A stretch of 64,000 nt of DNA from Antedon mediterranea. Its lineage: Eukaryota > Animalia > Echinodermata. The DNA lies in contig NC_092679.1 of NCBI RefSeq assembly GCF_964355755.1, positions 8,276,201 through 8,340,200 of the forward strand, in the 5' to 3' direction. Below, piece after piece: positions 27,001 through 38,165 of this stretch; the stretch's first letter is position 1; each line of letters opens with the position of its first letter. The translations under genes were made by a program, and so were the position numbers. Below the pieces are notes generated by a model. It was given only the letters and a program-made list of their open reading frames with translations, searched no databases and was not told the origin of the DNA.

Positions 27001-30000
27001 AAGACATGTTTAAAGCAGGGAGTTGTAAAATAATATATATATATATATATATATATTATTTTACAACTCCCTGTTTAAAGTAATGTCATGGATGATCATA
27101 TTCCCATACTTCAGGCAACATCAAATACGAAAATTGTAAATGCGGAACTAACCTACTAACTCCGAAATATGAAACAAGTCTCCAGAACTAAGACAATTTT
27201 GAAAAATAGAGCTGTTACAGTATGTCCCCAGAAATTGGATTTCTACAGGACCAGCCCCGGGACCAGCTCACCATGGTCAGGGTGGAGCTAAGAAGATTTT
27301 GAAAAATAGAGCTGTTTAGTTTTAGAACCCCGGAAATCTTAACTGCATTGTTTACTTTAAGTAGAACTGTTCGATGATTTGGTAGCACATAGGGACATTG
27401 ATGTGGTCAAGGCAGAATTAAAAATGAACATTGAAAACTGCCAAAGATGGCTTATAAACAATAAATTGTCCCTTCATATGGACAAAACGGAATTTATTAT
27501 CTTTTGCTCCAAATCTAAAACGAAGTATACTAAAAAATGCATCTATCAAAATTTGTAATTCAACTATCAAAGCCAAACCATCTGTAGTTTACTTGGGCCT
27601 TGAATTGGACCAACATCTGTCAGGGAAGGTGATATGTTCGCATATCCTCAAAAAGGTCAACTCGAGACTCAAATTTCTGTATAGATCTGCTAGCCGCCTT
27701 GATCTTAAAACAAAGAGATTATTGGCATCATTCTGCTTTGGCTCTATAGACTATTGCTGTTGCTCTTGGTACTGTGGTATTTCAAAATTGTATGTCTCCA
27801 AACTCCAACGTGTCCAAAATAAGGTCATCATTAGATTTGTCCTAGGTAAGGGACCACGATATCACCTTTCTGCCTCCGACTTCAAACTTGCTGGCTATCT
27901 AAATATTATAAATAGAGTGAATCAACTGCAACTAAATCATATTTTTAATTTAATGCACAATTTCTCCCCTGTGTATATGCGTGAAAACTTTTTGAAAGTT
28001 TCAGAAAGACATCACCATAATACAAGGTTTTGCATACACGATTTTGTTAACATTTATAAAAAATCCAGTTGCATTGCTTCTACATTTTTTTATAATAGCA
28101 TAATTCTCTGGAATAGTTTACCTCATAATATCAAAGAAATTAATTTAAAATCCACCTTCAAGCTTCATATAAAGAAAATCCTCAAAGAGCGAATTGACTA
28201 ATTTAGTATTATCTCACTTCTTGCCGTCTGATTAATTGTTCTTTTTTCCTTTGTTTTTTCTTTCTGGACCCCTCAGGATACAAACCTCCGGGTTTAGAGG
28301 GTTATCCTTTGCTCCTACTCGTTTTTTGTTGTTGTCTTTGTTCTGATTTTGTTGTTTGTAATTAAGTCTGCGACTTTTGATGTCTATATATTTTCTGTAC
28401 CACTGTTGATTTTTATATGAGCAAAAAATAAAAACAAACAAACAAACAAACAGCATGGAAAATGAAGGGGTGAATTAAGTAGTTTAAGTCACTGGCCCAT
28501 CCAGTGTCAAAATTTCACAACTTATGGCAATTTCAACATAGATTTTAGCTATACTGGATGCTAAGTCCATCATCGCTAAAGGGATCCTACCTTTGAATCA
28601 ATGAAAACTAGCTGCCTATGTTGTCGCAAACCCCGTCACGAACAGTTCCCCTTTTGCCGGGAACTAGTACAAATATTGCACACTCTCTGGCGTGGCCTTT
28701 TTCCTGTCGTCTGGGTAGTCCATTTTTGGTTTGTATACAAGTCGGGTCTTAAACACAGATGTGACACAGAAAATATGGTATAGGCATACCATATTAATTT
28801 ATGCAGGAAAAAATCATAACAAATATTTGTCTCTTTTAAACAGGTCAATCATATTCCAGGTTCAGGTTTCATAACAAACAAAGTAACTTTAGTTTTGTCT
28901 GATATTGAATACATTCCAAAAGCATTTCAAATGCCTCAGCAGAAATCATTATTTAAACAATATGTAAGTAAGGTACTTATTATTATCTATTGCATGGTAT
29001 CACAAAACATTTTGATAATAAAAAAATAATTTCACCATTTAATGTGGATGACTGAGACCATGGAATAAACATTTAAATGTAACCTTTTTTTTCTAATTTA
29101 ACATCTGAAACAGAATAATTGTCATTGATAGTTTCTCAGTTTAAATTGATATAAAACGGTAATTTTTCTTCAGATATTAGATCATCCTGAAAAGTTATGG
29201 GTACAGAAGAGCAGTAATCATCGGGGTATACGTGTAAAGAATGTAGAAGGTGTGATTATAGTTTACTCACGATGCAATTTGTGTTCTTTATAAGATACAA
29301 GATAACTTTATTGTCAAATAGTTTGTCAACGAAAGATTTGAAATTGGTTTTTCTCATAGCAATAGAATAAAATCAGTAAAATGTTAAAACATGAAGTAAA
29401 TTACACAGTGATCACCATGCGTGGCGCCGTGGGAGGATTGATCGCTAAATTAAAATAATGTTCGAATTGGAATTTAAAAAGCTTACAACATTTTTTATGA
29501 AATGTATAGTGTACTTGATTGAATGAAGTTGTAATGTGTTCATACGTGCATAGGCCTAGCTTGTGGTTTATTTTAAGTCTTCTTTAGTCTTTATATACAT
29601 CTACTCGTGTGAGGTATCCATGCTCTGTTGATTAAAAGTCTTGAAAATTTCCAATGCAAACTTTGCGGATTGCTCTTTCTTCTCATACAGTATATATTCT
29701 TTGATCTTACTGCATAATACTGAGTGATAGTTTACTTTTAAAATTTTCTTAAATTTATTTCTTATAGCTTTGGATTTAAGGATGGAAAACACGTTTGTAC
29801 AAGAATTTGTTCAGGATCCATTACTGGTTGATGGGAAAAAATTTGATATTGGAGTGTACACAGTTGTGACATCTGTTTCTCCGCTCCGTGTTTACTACTA
29901 TTCAGGGGATATGCTTATAAGATATTGTGGAAAAAAGTATGATAAGACAAATTTTGATGATGTCAATACTTATGTGGTTACTGATGACTATACACCAACA

Positions 30001-33000
30001 TGGAAGGTTAGATTTTGAAAACTATGTTTTCGAATGCAAAAATAGACAAATTTTCAAATTTATGTGGATATACTAAACAGTAAAACATTTATATTTTTTT
30101 CAGTAGTTTCTACCATCATAAACTTTGTTTTAAAAAAGACATTATTAAATATATTTAATATATCTTATATACAGCCTTTTTTACTTTCTGATACAGTGTA
30201 GCTGCCTTGTATACAGTATTAAAAGAATAATTTCATCTGATAAGCCATAATATTTGTAAGGCAACTGTACCCCTGAAGAATTGAAACTTTAGCTCAGCCT
30301 ATGTTACAGTTGCAATGGTCTGGCCATTTCCTAAAATCCAATCCAACATAAATCATTGAAATAATAACAAAAACAAAACATAACAAAAGATAGAAGATTA
30401 GGTTTAGAACTTCATTTGACTATATTTAGACATGGCCTACTTATTTAAAAATTCTAGCTCCTCCATTTTAATTGGTCACATTGTGCAACAATTGGCTTTA
30501 CTGCACATTTTGAAACATCTGGCACAGTAAAAATTGTCCCTGTCCCTTAATTAGAGTTTGATTGTGGAGAACATTGCCCTCATTTCACGGAAATGTTTCA
30601 CCTTAAGGATGTCTCCAGAATTCAATTAATTAAGTTTTGGCAGTTTTAACAGGCATATACTACTTGTATTATAAAATACATATAAAATACTATTTTTTTT
30701 GTTGTACCTGATAATAGTAATTTTTGTTATATATCAGATGCCATCACTACATCAGTATTATACTGATATGAAATTTACACACAAGGAAACATTGTATGCT
30801 CACATCAAATCAAGGGGTAAGCTTTTTGCCATTACTCTTGTTTTATTTTATATCTGAAATCTACTGCAAGTACAAACGAGCCAAATTACAGTAGGAGCCC
30901 ATAGGCTAGGCGATCTAGTATTTTTAGTGAAATAAATTGAAAACAAAGAATTTTCTTTTTTAAATGTAAAAAATAATGTTTGCCACATCTAAAGGTACCG
31001 GCAATTCAGAGGCGGATGCACTTTCTTGTGTCACTGCTTTGTCAACCTCATCTTCACCGATAGATTGCGCGATTATCGCTAAAGCACAATGATGTTGAAT
31101 TGCAATAGTATATCTTTCGAGACGAGTAGGGGGTTACCCGGTGTTGTAGTTCACACACACTGTCGTAGACAGACGTAATGGTGCCTTAGTTGGCTGCTGA
31201 TGACACCATGTGACCCTTAGGGGAGAAGAATGTTGTTGAAAGGGTGTAACATCTCCACAGCGCTCTGATCTTCATGTCACATTATATTATATTATATAGC
31301 TATTAAATGTAAATGTAGCAGAGGGTTCCTCTTTGCCTGTGATAAGTACGGCAAACATTAGCCTACCCATTGGTATGAATATAGACAGCATACCATTTAC
31401 TCCATTCAGAATGCTGAATTATGGTGCAACACAATTTGAACAGCTTACATCTGTTTCAACACATTCAACACACTTACTTGCCGTCTGCTACAACCATGTC
31501 TTTATCAGGTAGTGATAGGGTTTTCAAAAAACGTGGATATAACATTTCTGTTAAATTGTTAAGTTGTTGGCTCCACAATAGCAAATGTTGACGCAATAAT
31601 CTTTTTTCGCAAGTTGTATAATTCTTCGTTGACCCAATGTTTTAATTTTGCCACAAATATGTCCAATGTCATCACAAGTTGTTGATTCAAAGGCAACCGA
31701 ACGATTTGCTTGTAGTCAAATGCCTTTTTATATCGAGCTCTTAATATTCTTAATTTTCTTTCTTTGCGGCAGTGTTCCACGAGATATGATATTTGTGTTT
31801 TATTGAGCTTGACTTAAAAATTCAATAAACACAAAATACTGTATCTACACATTATTTTGATTAATATGGTCATTTCTTAATCTAGGTTTGGATTCTTCTA
31901 AAGTAGACAAACAAATAGAAGATGCCATTCAAAAAGTATTTCTAAGCAAGCTACCACAATTACAGCAATCATTAGAGAAGTACCAACATAAAAAGTAAGT
32001 TCAAAATAATGTTTTTATATACCACACAGTAGATGTGTTTATAATCTTTTTTTATTTATACACTTTTACCTATCTTGTAGATATTGAATTAACACTGATT
32101 TGTTTTACTTAAATTTGTAGCATATTTTTTGAGCTGACTCGATTTGACTTTGTTTTAGATAAGGACTTAAATCTTTACTTGATGGAGGTATGATTTGTGA
32201 TTTTGTTTCTTCACATTAATTGCAATTTACATTATAGTATTTATTATATAGTTAAATGACATCTTTAACTGTAAAATATAAAAAAATTATTATATAATAA
32301 TGTGTTGATGATATATAGCTAAATGGTTTGGAACACAATCGCATTGTTATCGTGATCATCAAAAGAACATTGTTTCTAACCATGAGATATGGTTGAGTAA
32401 TTGTAGCTGCATATGGCACATTCTATTGGTAAATAACAAGATTTTATGATGCACACATGACATCATGGCAAAACCCTGTCGACAACTGTACAGTGATCGC
32501 GTTTCCGAAAATCTAAAATCTGTACTTATACGTTCGAGCAGCACACCATCTTGTGTACTGTAACCAGTAGGCACACAGCTTTACCTGTGTGATGTACCCA
32601 TTTGAGGGAAACATTTAATTTTCCGAAAGTCATGGTACAATGACATGGTTATAATTTAATTCAGATAATTGCTTTCATAAAGCAAAATGAAAATATGTGC
32701 GCGCAATGCATGCTGTATTTATATTTATTTTTCACATTTTTCCATTTAAAGATGAACACAATTATCACAATAGGCCCATACAGTATTTATTTGTACATAA
32801 AATGCAGTTTGTGACCTTAAATCAAAAAATCATAAGGAAAGTGTCTTTAATGGTCTGTTTATTAGATGCATTATCATGCATATCTTATTGATTTTGTCAG
32901 AATCTTTATTTATTTATTCTTTCCTTAGCACTATTTTGTCCATCAATTATCTTGAGATCAATTTCATCTAGCCACGTCAATTTTGGCCAGGAATGATTTG

Positions 33001-34749
33001 ATTATCTTTTCACGGTGCCAATCAAAAATTCGTTCATCATTAATTGTGATATCGGCTATTGTATTTGCGTTAGCAAGATGCTATCTTTCATACATTATAA
33101 ATAATTAAAGATTCTGACAAAATCAATCAATATATCTTAAATCAATTATCTTTACTTAAATCAATGCATATAACCTTCGTCATAGTGATAAATTAAATCT
33201 AGTTCATACTTCATTTTTTTTTACAATTGCTATGCTCCTATTGCTAAGATATTACTGTATAGTTTGTAACTAGACAATTTTCAATTTATTCTCATTAAAA
33301 AAATTATCAATATCATTTTTAAGTTTCTTGTTGATCAAAGAAGATCTGTTGAATTGCTGTTTTATTTTAGGTCAACATGTCACCTAACCTATCCACAGGT
33401 CATTTTTCTGCAAATAAACTACTCTACGAACAAGTTATTTACAATACATTTAGCCTAATTGATGTTGCACGAAACATTCCAGTTAGTTTAAAATCAAGGT
33501 AGGAACAATTTCTTGAGCATCTGGTTTTACTAAAGGGGTTATTTTTGCGGAGATTAACACAACATAAGTGTTCTATGTGGACAATTCTGTTTCAAATATA
33601 TATTTTATTATTTTTCTTACGTTCTTATGACGAGTGTGGGATATCTTTGTATCTATGTGAACAATTTTTTTCCAGCTCTGAAGATCAAGACTTAATGAGA
33701 GTGAGTTTACGTGATATTCAGACGGATGCAAAGACTTGTTCCAGTGAGGAATGCAATGGATGTCAACAACTGGTAAATCAGTGTTACACTTTTTTTTTAC
33801 TTGCTTTGAAGTTTTCAGAATCATGATTACAAATGATAATCTTAAACCTAACCCAACAAATTGTTAATAGGGAAAAAACAAACTATACTTAAAACTACTA
33901 CTATACTTAAAACAAAACTTTTATATAAAGAACCTGTTCACTGCAAACCGAGCATTTTATTTATCTTCGTCATCCAGTGTATTAACAATTTTGTGGGGGA
34001 AAAACTCTTTTTTACAATGTGTAAAAAAAAACAGGAAATCCAATAAAATCAGGTCATGTGACTAAAAATTATTTAAATTTCTACGGTCATGAAATTTCTA
34101 ACAATTGAAATTTTAGCTCTAGTAGTGGGTGCCATTTGGGATATGTATAATTATGTTACAATACAGCCATTGTGTATACAACATTTTTACTTTGCAGAAA
34201 TTCTGTAGTTTTTAATTTTTTCTTAGAAGAGATTCTGTGGACAAAATTTTAACTTTGAAATAATTCTGTTGACAGAATGTTATCCCTGTAGAATGACACG
34301 GGTCCAGAAGCATTTGAAACACTCCTCAAGTATTCAATTCTTTGAGTTAAGATAAGTCTTATTTTCTGATGTGTTGGTAAAGTTTTTTTATCATTTTTTA
34401 GGAATGTCAACTTTGCAGTCGTTGCCTGACAAATGAAGTTAGACAATTTCTATTTGAATCATTTTTGGAGCATTTACATCAACGACAGATGAAACGTGTA
34501 TACCCTGAATCTCTCGTGAGTTATTGTTAGCAATTACATTTATTGTGCTTTATTTATTCTTTGAATTGTTTTGACTTCATGTGTCAGATTTTTAATAATA
34601 ATAAATTCTAATTTTTTCAATTTACCTAGACTCAAGAAGAAAGTATAATGTATCAGGATAAGCTTGATAATGAACTTGCTTTAAATGACAGACTTCTAAG
34701 GAAATGGTATCGTTCAAAGTGTCGTCAGGAACAATCATGGTGCTTCTAA
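20793..34749 (+). CDS. TTLL15: TTLL15-like tubulin-tyrosine ligase family (ATP-grasp) protein, 12 coding exons, 505 aa
   Basis: Phase-consistent exons 20793-21005, 26735-26890, 28844-28963, 29174-29249, 29768-30006, 30738-30816, 31886-31994, 32121-32187, 33371-33498, 33676-33772, 34402-34515, 34630-34749 sum to 1518 nt. TTL motifs DWDVLW, VNHIPGSGFITNK, WVQK, FVQEFVQDPLLVDGKKFDIGVY, FELTRFDFVLD, YLMEVNMSP. AATAAA at ~34779. An acceptor at 20766 implies an unplaced upstream UTR exon. Confidence 0.9.
22040..22592 (+). mobile_element. 5'-truncated L2-like LINE (ORF2 C-terminus, 3' UTR, (TTA)n tail)
   Basis: SFAAIAPSLWNKLPLFVRLAPSVSIFKSRLKAHLF; terminal GTAAAGCACCTAGAG...TAGGCGCTATATAAAT stem-loop; TTA tail. 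Confidence 0.8.
22701..26010. mobile_element. Non-autonomous Academ-like transposon with ~500-bp TIRs
   Basis: TAGTAGAGCAGTTAA...TTAACTGCTCTACTA termini; 3-bp TSD GAT; arms ~22701-23220 vs ~25490-26010. Confidence 0.75.
23945..25078. repeat. ~30-bp minisatellite (AGACAAAGAAGGGGGTGTAAGACCATCCAC)n, ~38 units
   Basis: Direct tandem array inside the Academ-like element. Confidence 0.95.
26735..26890 (+). CDS. TTLL15: TTLL15-like coding exon 2
   Basis: IQTGYLDHV...DWDVLWSHDYPF...RPHQK; AG/GT borders. Confidence 0.9.
27009..27079. repeat. Hairpin mini-element CAGGGAGTTGT...ACAACTCCCTG with (TA)n centre
   Basis: Near-perfect palindrome; same arms at ~50109-50144. Confidence 0.6.
27370..28451 (+). 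mobile_element. 5'-truncated CR1-group LINE (Crack/Daphne-like) 3' end
   Basis: WLINNKLSL..KTE, YLGLELDQHLS, KVNSRLKFLYR, DYCCCSWY, LWNSLP; 3' UTR GGACCCC...GGGTTATCC; AATAAA and (AAAC)n tail. Confidence 0.85.
28844..28963 (+). CDS. TTLL15: TTLL15-like coding exon 3
   Basis: VNHIPGSGFITNKV...YIPKAFQMP; AG/GT. Confidence 0.9.
29174..29249 (+). CDS. TTLL15: TTLL15-like coding exon 4
   Basis: ILDHPEKLWVQKSSNHRGIRVK; AG/GT. Confidence 0.88.
29768..30006 (+). CDS. TTLL15: TTLL15-like coding exon 5
   Basis: FVQEFVQDPLLVDGKKFDIGVY...DDYTPTWK; AG/GT. Confidence 0.93.
30738..30816 (+). CDS. TTLL15: TTLL15-like coding exon 6
   Basis: MPSLHQYY...IKSR; AG/GT, phase fits. Confidence 0.85.
31113..31298 (+). 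mobile_element. Possible SINE 3' fragment
   Basis: GC-richer island starting GAGTAGGGGGTTACCCGGTG and ending CAGCGCTCTGA plus (ATTAT)n tail. Confidence 0.3.
31886..31994 (+). CDS. TTLL15: TTLL15-like coding exon 7
   Basis: LDSSKVDKQIEDAIQKVFLSK; AG/GT, phase fits. Confidence 0.85.
32121..32187 (+). CDS. TTLL15: TTLL15-like coding exon 8
   Basis: FFELTRFDFVLDKDLNLYLME. Confidence 0.92.
32888..33127. mobile_element. Small MITE
   Basis: Inverted ends ATTGATTTTGTCAGAATCTTTA / TAAAGATTCTGACAAAATCAAT. Confidence 0.5.
33371..33498 (+). CDS. TTLL15: TTLL15-like coding exon 9
   Basis: VNMSPNLSTGHF..NKLLYEQVIYN. Confidence 0.92.
33676..33772 (+). CDS. TTLL15: TTLL15-like coding exon 10
   Basis: MRVSLRDI...CSSEECNGC; AG/GT, phase fits. 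Confidence 0.85.
34402..34515 (+). CDS. TTLL15: TTLL15-like coding exon 11
   Basis: ECQLCSRCL...EHLHQRQMKRVYP; AG/GT. Confidence 0.85.
34630..34749 (+). CDS. TTLL15: TTLL15-like last coding exon
   Basis: ...LLRKWYRSKCRQEQSWCF*; polyA signal downstream. Confidence 0.85.
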   Translation, partial: TQEESIMYQDKLDNELALNDRLLRKWYRSKCRQEQSWCF

Positions 34750-35291
34750 TGTTTGCACAATTTGATTTTAGAAAACATAAATAAAATAAAGTAAATTCTC
34801 TTTATCAACAAAAGTTTTTTATTCAACATTTGAGTAAATGTTTTTTCGTCTTCAAGTTAATAATGGTAAAGAAATTAAAATACTATTTATTTATTCTTTC
34901 TTTTGACTGGATTGTATTTTCCAAAACGGTCCAGTTACAAGTTTAAAAGTAAAGAAAAATTGTGTATATATATATATATATACATATAATAATACAGAAA
35001 GATAAAGCATAGTAGGCCTAATTTAAAATATATATATACAGAACAGTTAAAAACAAAAGACATACATACAAAAAAAAATATTTTGACATCTTGAGTCAAT
35101 TTCGATTATTCAGCTAATTGGGAATAGGATTGTACAGAAGCTAATAAAATCAGAAATATGGACTTATTTTATGAAATAATAAACAACAACAAAATTGATG
35201 ATATTCAAAATAATTTTTGTAAATATTTTTAGATTTAAAAAATGTTGCAGTTAGGGAATGTGTATTTGGCAAACAATGTAAAACATATGTG

Positions 35292-35461
35292 GTTATGCCC
35301 ACAGACTTAAATAAGGTTGGAAGATATAGTATTTAAATGTTGTTAGGGTTATATTATGCCCACAGACTTAAACAAGGTTGAAAGATATAGTATTTAAATG
35401 TTGTTAGGGTTATGCCCACAGACTTTAACAAGGTTGAAAGATATAGTATTTAAATGTTGTT
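35292..35461. repeat. ~56-61-bp tandem repeat x3
   Basis: TTATGCCCACAGACTTAAACAAGGTTGAAAGATATAGTATTTAAATGTTGTT repeated three times. Confidence 0.85.
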
Positions 35462-36098
35462 CATCCAAAATATAAAAAGTGAAAACTTTTGTAAAGTAGT
35501 GGTTTTTGCTTCTTTTTGAAATTTTTTGTATTATATATTATATAATAATTTATTTCTTTGATATGTTACCCATTTCTACTGTATAGTTTTAGTAGTTCAT
35601 TTTTTGCTAATACCAATTATGTCAACACATAGACTAACCAATGTGTAGAATATATATTTCCTACTCATGTTTTTTTTTAATGGAATTTTTCCATAAAATG
35701 TCAATGTAAAATGTATGGAAATTGTGCTTTTGTTTCTGCAGTCGACTCTCCCAATAACAGACTCTGAAAACTAGACACCCTCCCAATGGTAAACCCCTCC
35801 CAATACCATACTTGTTTGAGGTCCAAAAGGTCCCAAATTTCTTGTTACCATTAAAAAAAGCTTAGTTATCACCTTAATCAAATTTATGATTGTAGTAACT
35901 TAATCTAAAGTCATTTGATGATTAAAATTGGGAAATGCTGTATATATAATCTTAATCCTGTATCTATATATAAATCCAAAGGCAATTTACTGAAAAAAAA
36001 TGACAATGCTGTGGGTATCAGTGGCTGGATCTCAATAGAGATACAAAAAAAAAGCGAAAAGCTAAATCAAAACGATAAAGTAAACAGCCAGAAAAGTT

Positions 36099-36138
36099 AG
36101 CAGAGCTTTCGGGCAACACTAGCCCTTCATCAGTGCAA
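36099..36138 (-). ncRNA. Minimal type I hammerhead ribozyme, copy 1
   Basis: Minus strand reads GCA-CUGAUGA-A-GGGC-uaguguu-GCCC-GAAA-GC-UC^-UGC. Confidence 0.8.
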
Positions 36139-36291
36139 GTGTCATATCTATATATATATATATAAATCCAAAGGCAAATTACTGAAAAAAATGACAATGC
36201 TGTGGGTATCAGTGGCTGGATCTCAATGGAGATACAAAAATAAAAAGTGAAAAGCTAAATCAAAACGATAAAGTAAACAACCAGAAAAGTT

Positions 36292-36331
36292 AGCAGAGCT
36301 TTCGGGCAACACTAGCCCTTCATCAGTGCAA
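36292..36331 (-). ncRNA. Minimal type I hammerhead ribozyme, copy 2
   Basis: Identical to copy 1, 193 nt away. Confidence 0.8.
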
Positions 36332-37047
36332 GTGAGGGAATTTGGATAAAGTCATAGCATATGAGTATATATATATATATAATTTTTTTAAAATTTATTT
36401 TGTTAAATATTTTTATAGTGCAATTTTAAATAATACAATAATTAGTTTTTAGTGCATATCTGTATGAGAGTTGGAGAGGCACGCCTTTTGGCGATATATA
36501 GTCTTTGACAGCTTTTGTCTCTCCTCAATGCTCCACTTTCACGTTTTATGTTATGTTTGTATTGTCTTTACTGAAAATGAATAAAACACATTCAGAATAC
36601 CAGACATTTTGAAAAAACCAGACATATTTGGCCAGCCCAAAGGTGTCCAGTATTCAAGATTCAAATTTTATTGGTCCACCTTAAAATGGAAATTTGTTTT
36701 CTTGGCATAATTAAGACAATAAAACAACAAAGAAAAATACATAAAATTGCAAAAGGCAATGTTAAAATACTATTAAAATGTTAAAATACTGTTAAAATGT
36801 TAAAATACTATTAAAATGTTAAAATACTGTTAAAATACTATTCAAAATGGAGATTGCAAAAGCGGCTTAGGCTCTGTAAAATACTGTTAAAACAATTAAA
36901 ATTTAAATAAAAAATTACAACAAATATTTATCGACTAACGTTAGAATTGTACATTATTAATGCTATTGGGAGAGTTGACTGTATTTTAGTTTTAGTGGGG
37001 ATTTTTTTTTTATTTTTGTGATATTAATACCCTGCTTGTAATGATTC

Positions 37048-37230
37048 CAGACCTGCCAACTCGCCTGATTTTGTTGATCTCACTCAATTTTACAGATTTT
37101 ATCATAATTTTATGAGTAAATTTGATTGATATTAATTGTTATTATTGTGTAATAACCTTGCGACAAAGTAAACAAAAAACCATTTAGAAATATTTTTTTA
37201 ATTTGTATAACCTAAGGGTTGGCAGGTCTG
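37048..37230. mobile_element. hAT-like MITE with 6-bp TSD (hAT6-like)
   Basis: TIR CAGACCTGCCAAC/GTTGGCAGGTCTG; TSD TGATTC. Confidence 0.75.
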
Positions 37231-37995
37231 TGATTCAGTAGATAGGTTTGTATGTATCAACATGTACTAGCAGCCTAGTCAGTAGATTGCTCAATCATTG
37301 AATTGATTTTTAATAAATAACTAGAGGTCAAAACATCAAAGTTGTAATTTATCTGACTGTTTAGTTGTGGAGTTTGATCATTGCCAGATATAATTCAGTG
37401 GCATATAGAACTATAGTCAACACATGCATGTGAAAGTTGGGAAATTGAATGCAGTTTAAAACTACAACAAAATGTTTAATATAATATCCTTTATAGTATC
37501 CGATTAGATAACAGTGACTGACTGGTATGGAATTTGGAAAAGCAATAAAATCATTTGACAAAGTTGCCTACTGAATTACACAACTTTTCACATATCAGCT
37601 ATCTTGCAATTCTTTATAATAGAAAATATAAATTAAGGTTGAATCGAATAAAGAAGACTTACAAGGACATGTAGACACTAACACAATAACAAACCATTCT
37701 GCCATAAACAGACAAAAATGGAAACAAATTGTGGAAACTGTAATGTCGGAAAACGTTAAGAAGAGAGAATGAATTATTCATGATTTCTGCCTTAATTGGA
37801 TAGGAAAAAAAATAATGCGGCCGGTTGACCGTCACAAAAAGTTGTATACGTCCTGGCGGCGCCCTACCACATGGAGAATATTAACTGTAATATATTCTTT
37901 GGTATAGCCAATATACACTCCCCCTCACCACACCACCACAAAACTGTACACGTGTGTGTGTATAGGCCTATTGTTGGTGAATATTTCCATCCATA

Positions 37996-38165
37996 ATGGC
38001 CGGGTTTTTACGTAAATCATGTTTGAAGGTGCATCCGTTATTGCTGCAATCTTTAGAGTTTACTATCGCGAATGGTCATCGGCGAAATGTGTTACTTCAG
38101 GCTGATGTAGGCCTAGGCCTACTACAAGTCAAGCAGCACAGACTAGGCCTACATATTCCAACATG
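37996..38165 (+). CDS. LRPPRC: LRPPRC coding exon 1 (putative mitochondrial presequence)
   Basis: ATAATGG start context in a CpG-richer region; open frame [11 protein letters not shown]...; GTAAGT donor, phase 2 matching exon 2. Confidence 0.72.

Larger units (their letters stand above)
35963..36365 (-). mobile_element. Tandem ~193-bp direct repeat carrying hammerheads (Penelope-like pLTR or retrozyme)
   Basis: Two near-identical units bounded by (TA)n runs, each with one hammerhead. Confidence 0.7.
35739..36981. mobile_element. Tc1/mariner-type (pogo/Tigger-like) MITE hosting the hammerhead repeats
   Basis: TIR CAGTCGACTCTCCCAATA / TATTGGGAGAGTTGACTG|TA; left TA is mutated. Confidence 0.55.

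Noticed and set aside
31330-31790. Possible minus-strand RT remnant (LDIKKAFD-like)
   Set aside because: Only one motif, too degraded to delimit.
37620-37773. Possible RTE-type C-terminal fragment (AINRQKWKQIV)
   Set aside because: Short, with stops and no supporting tail or TSD.
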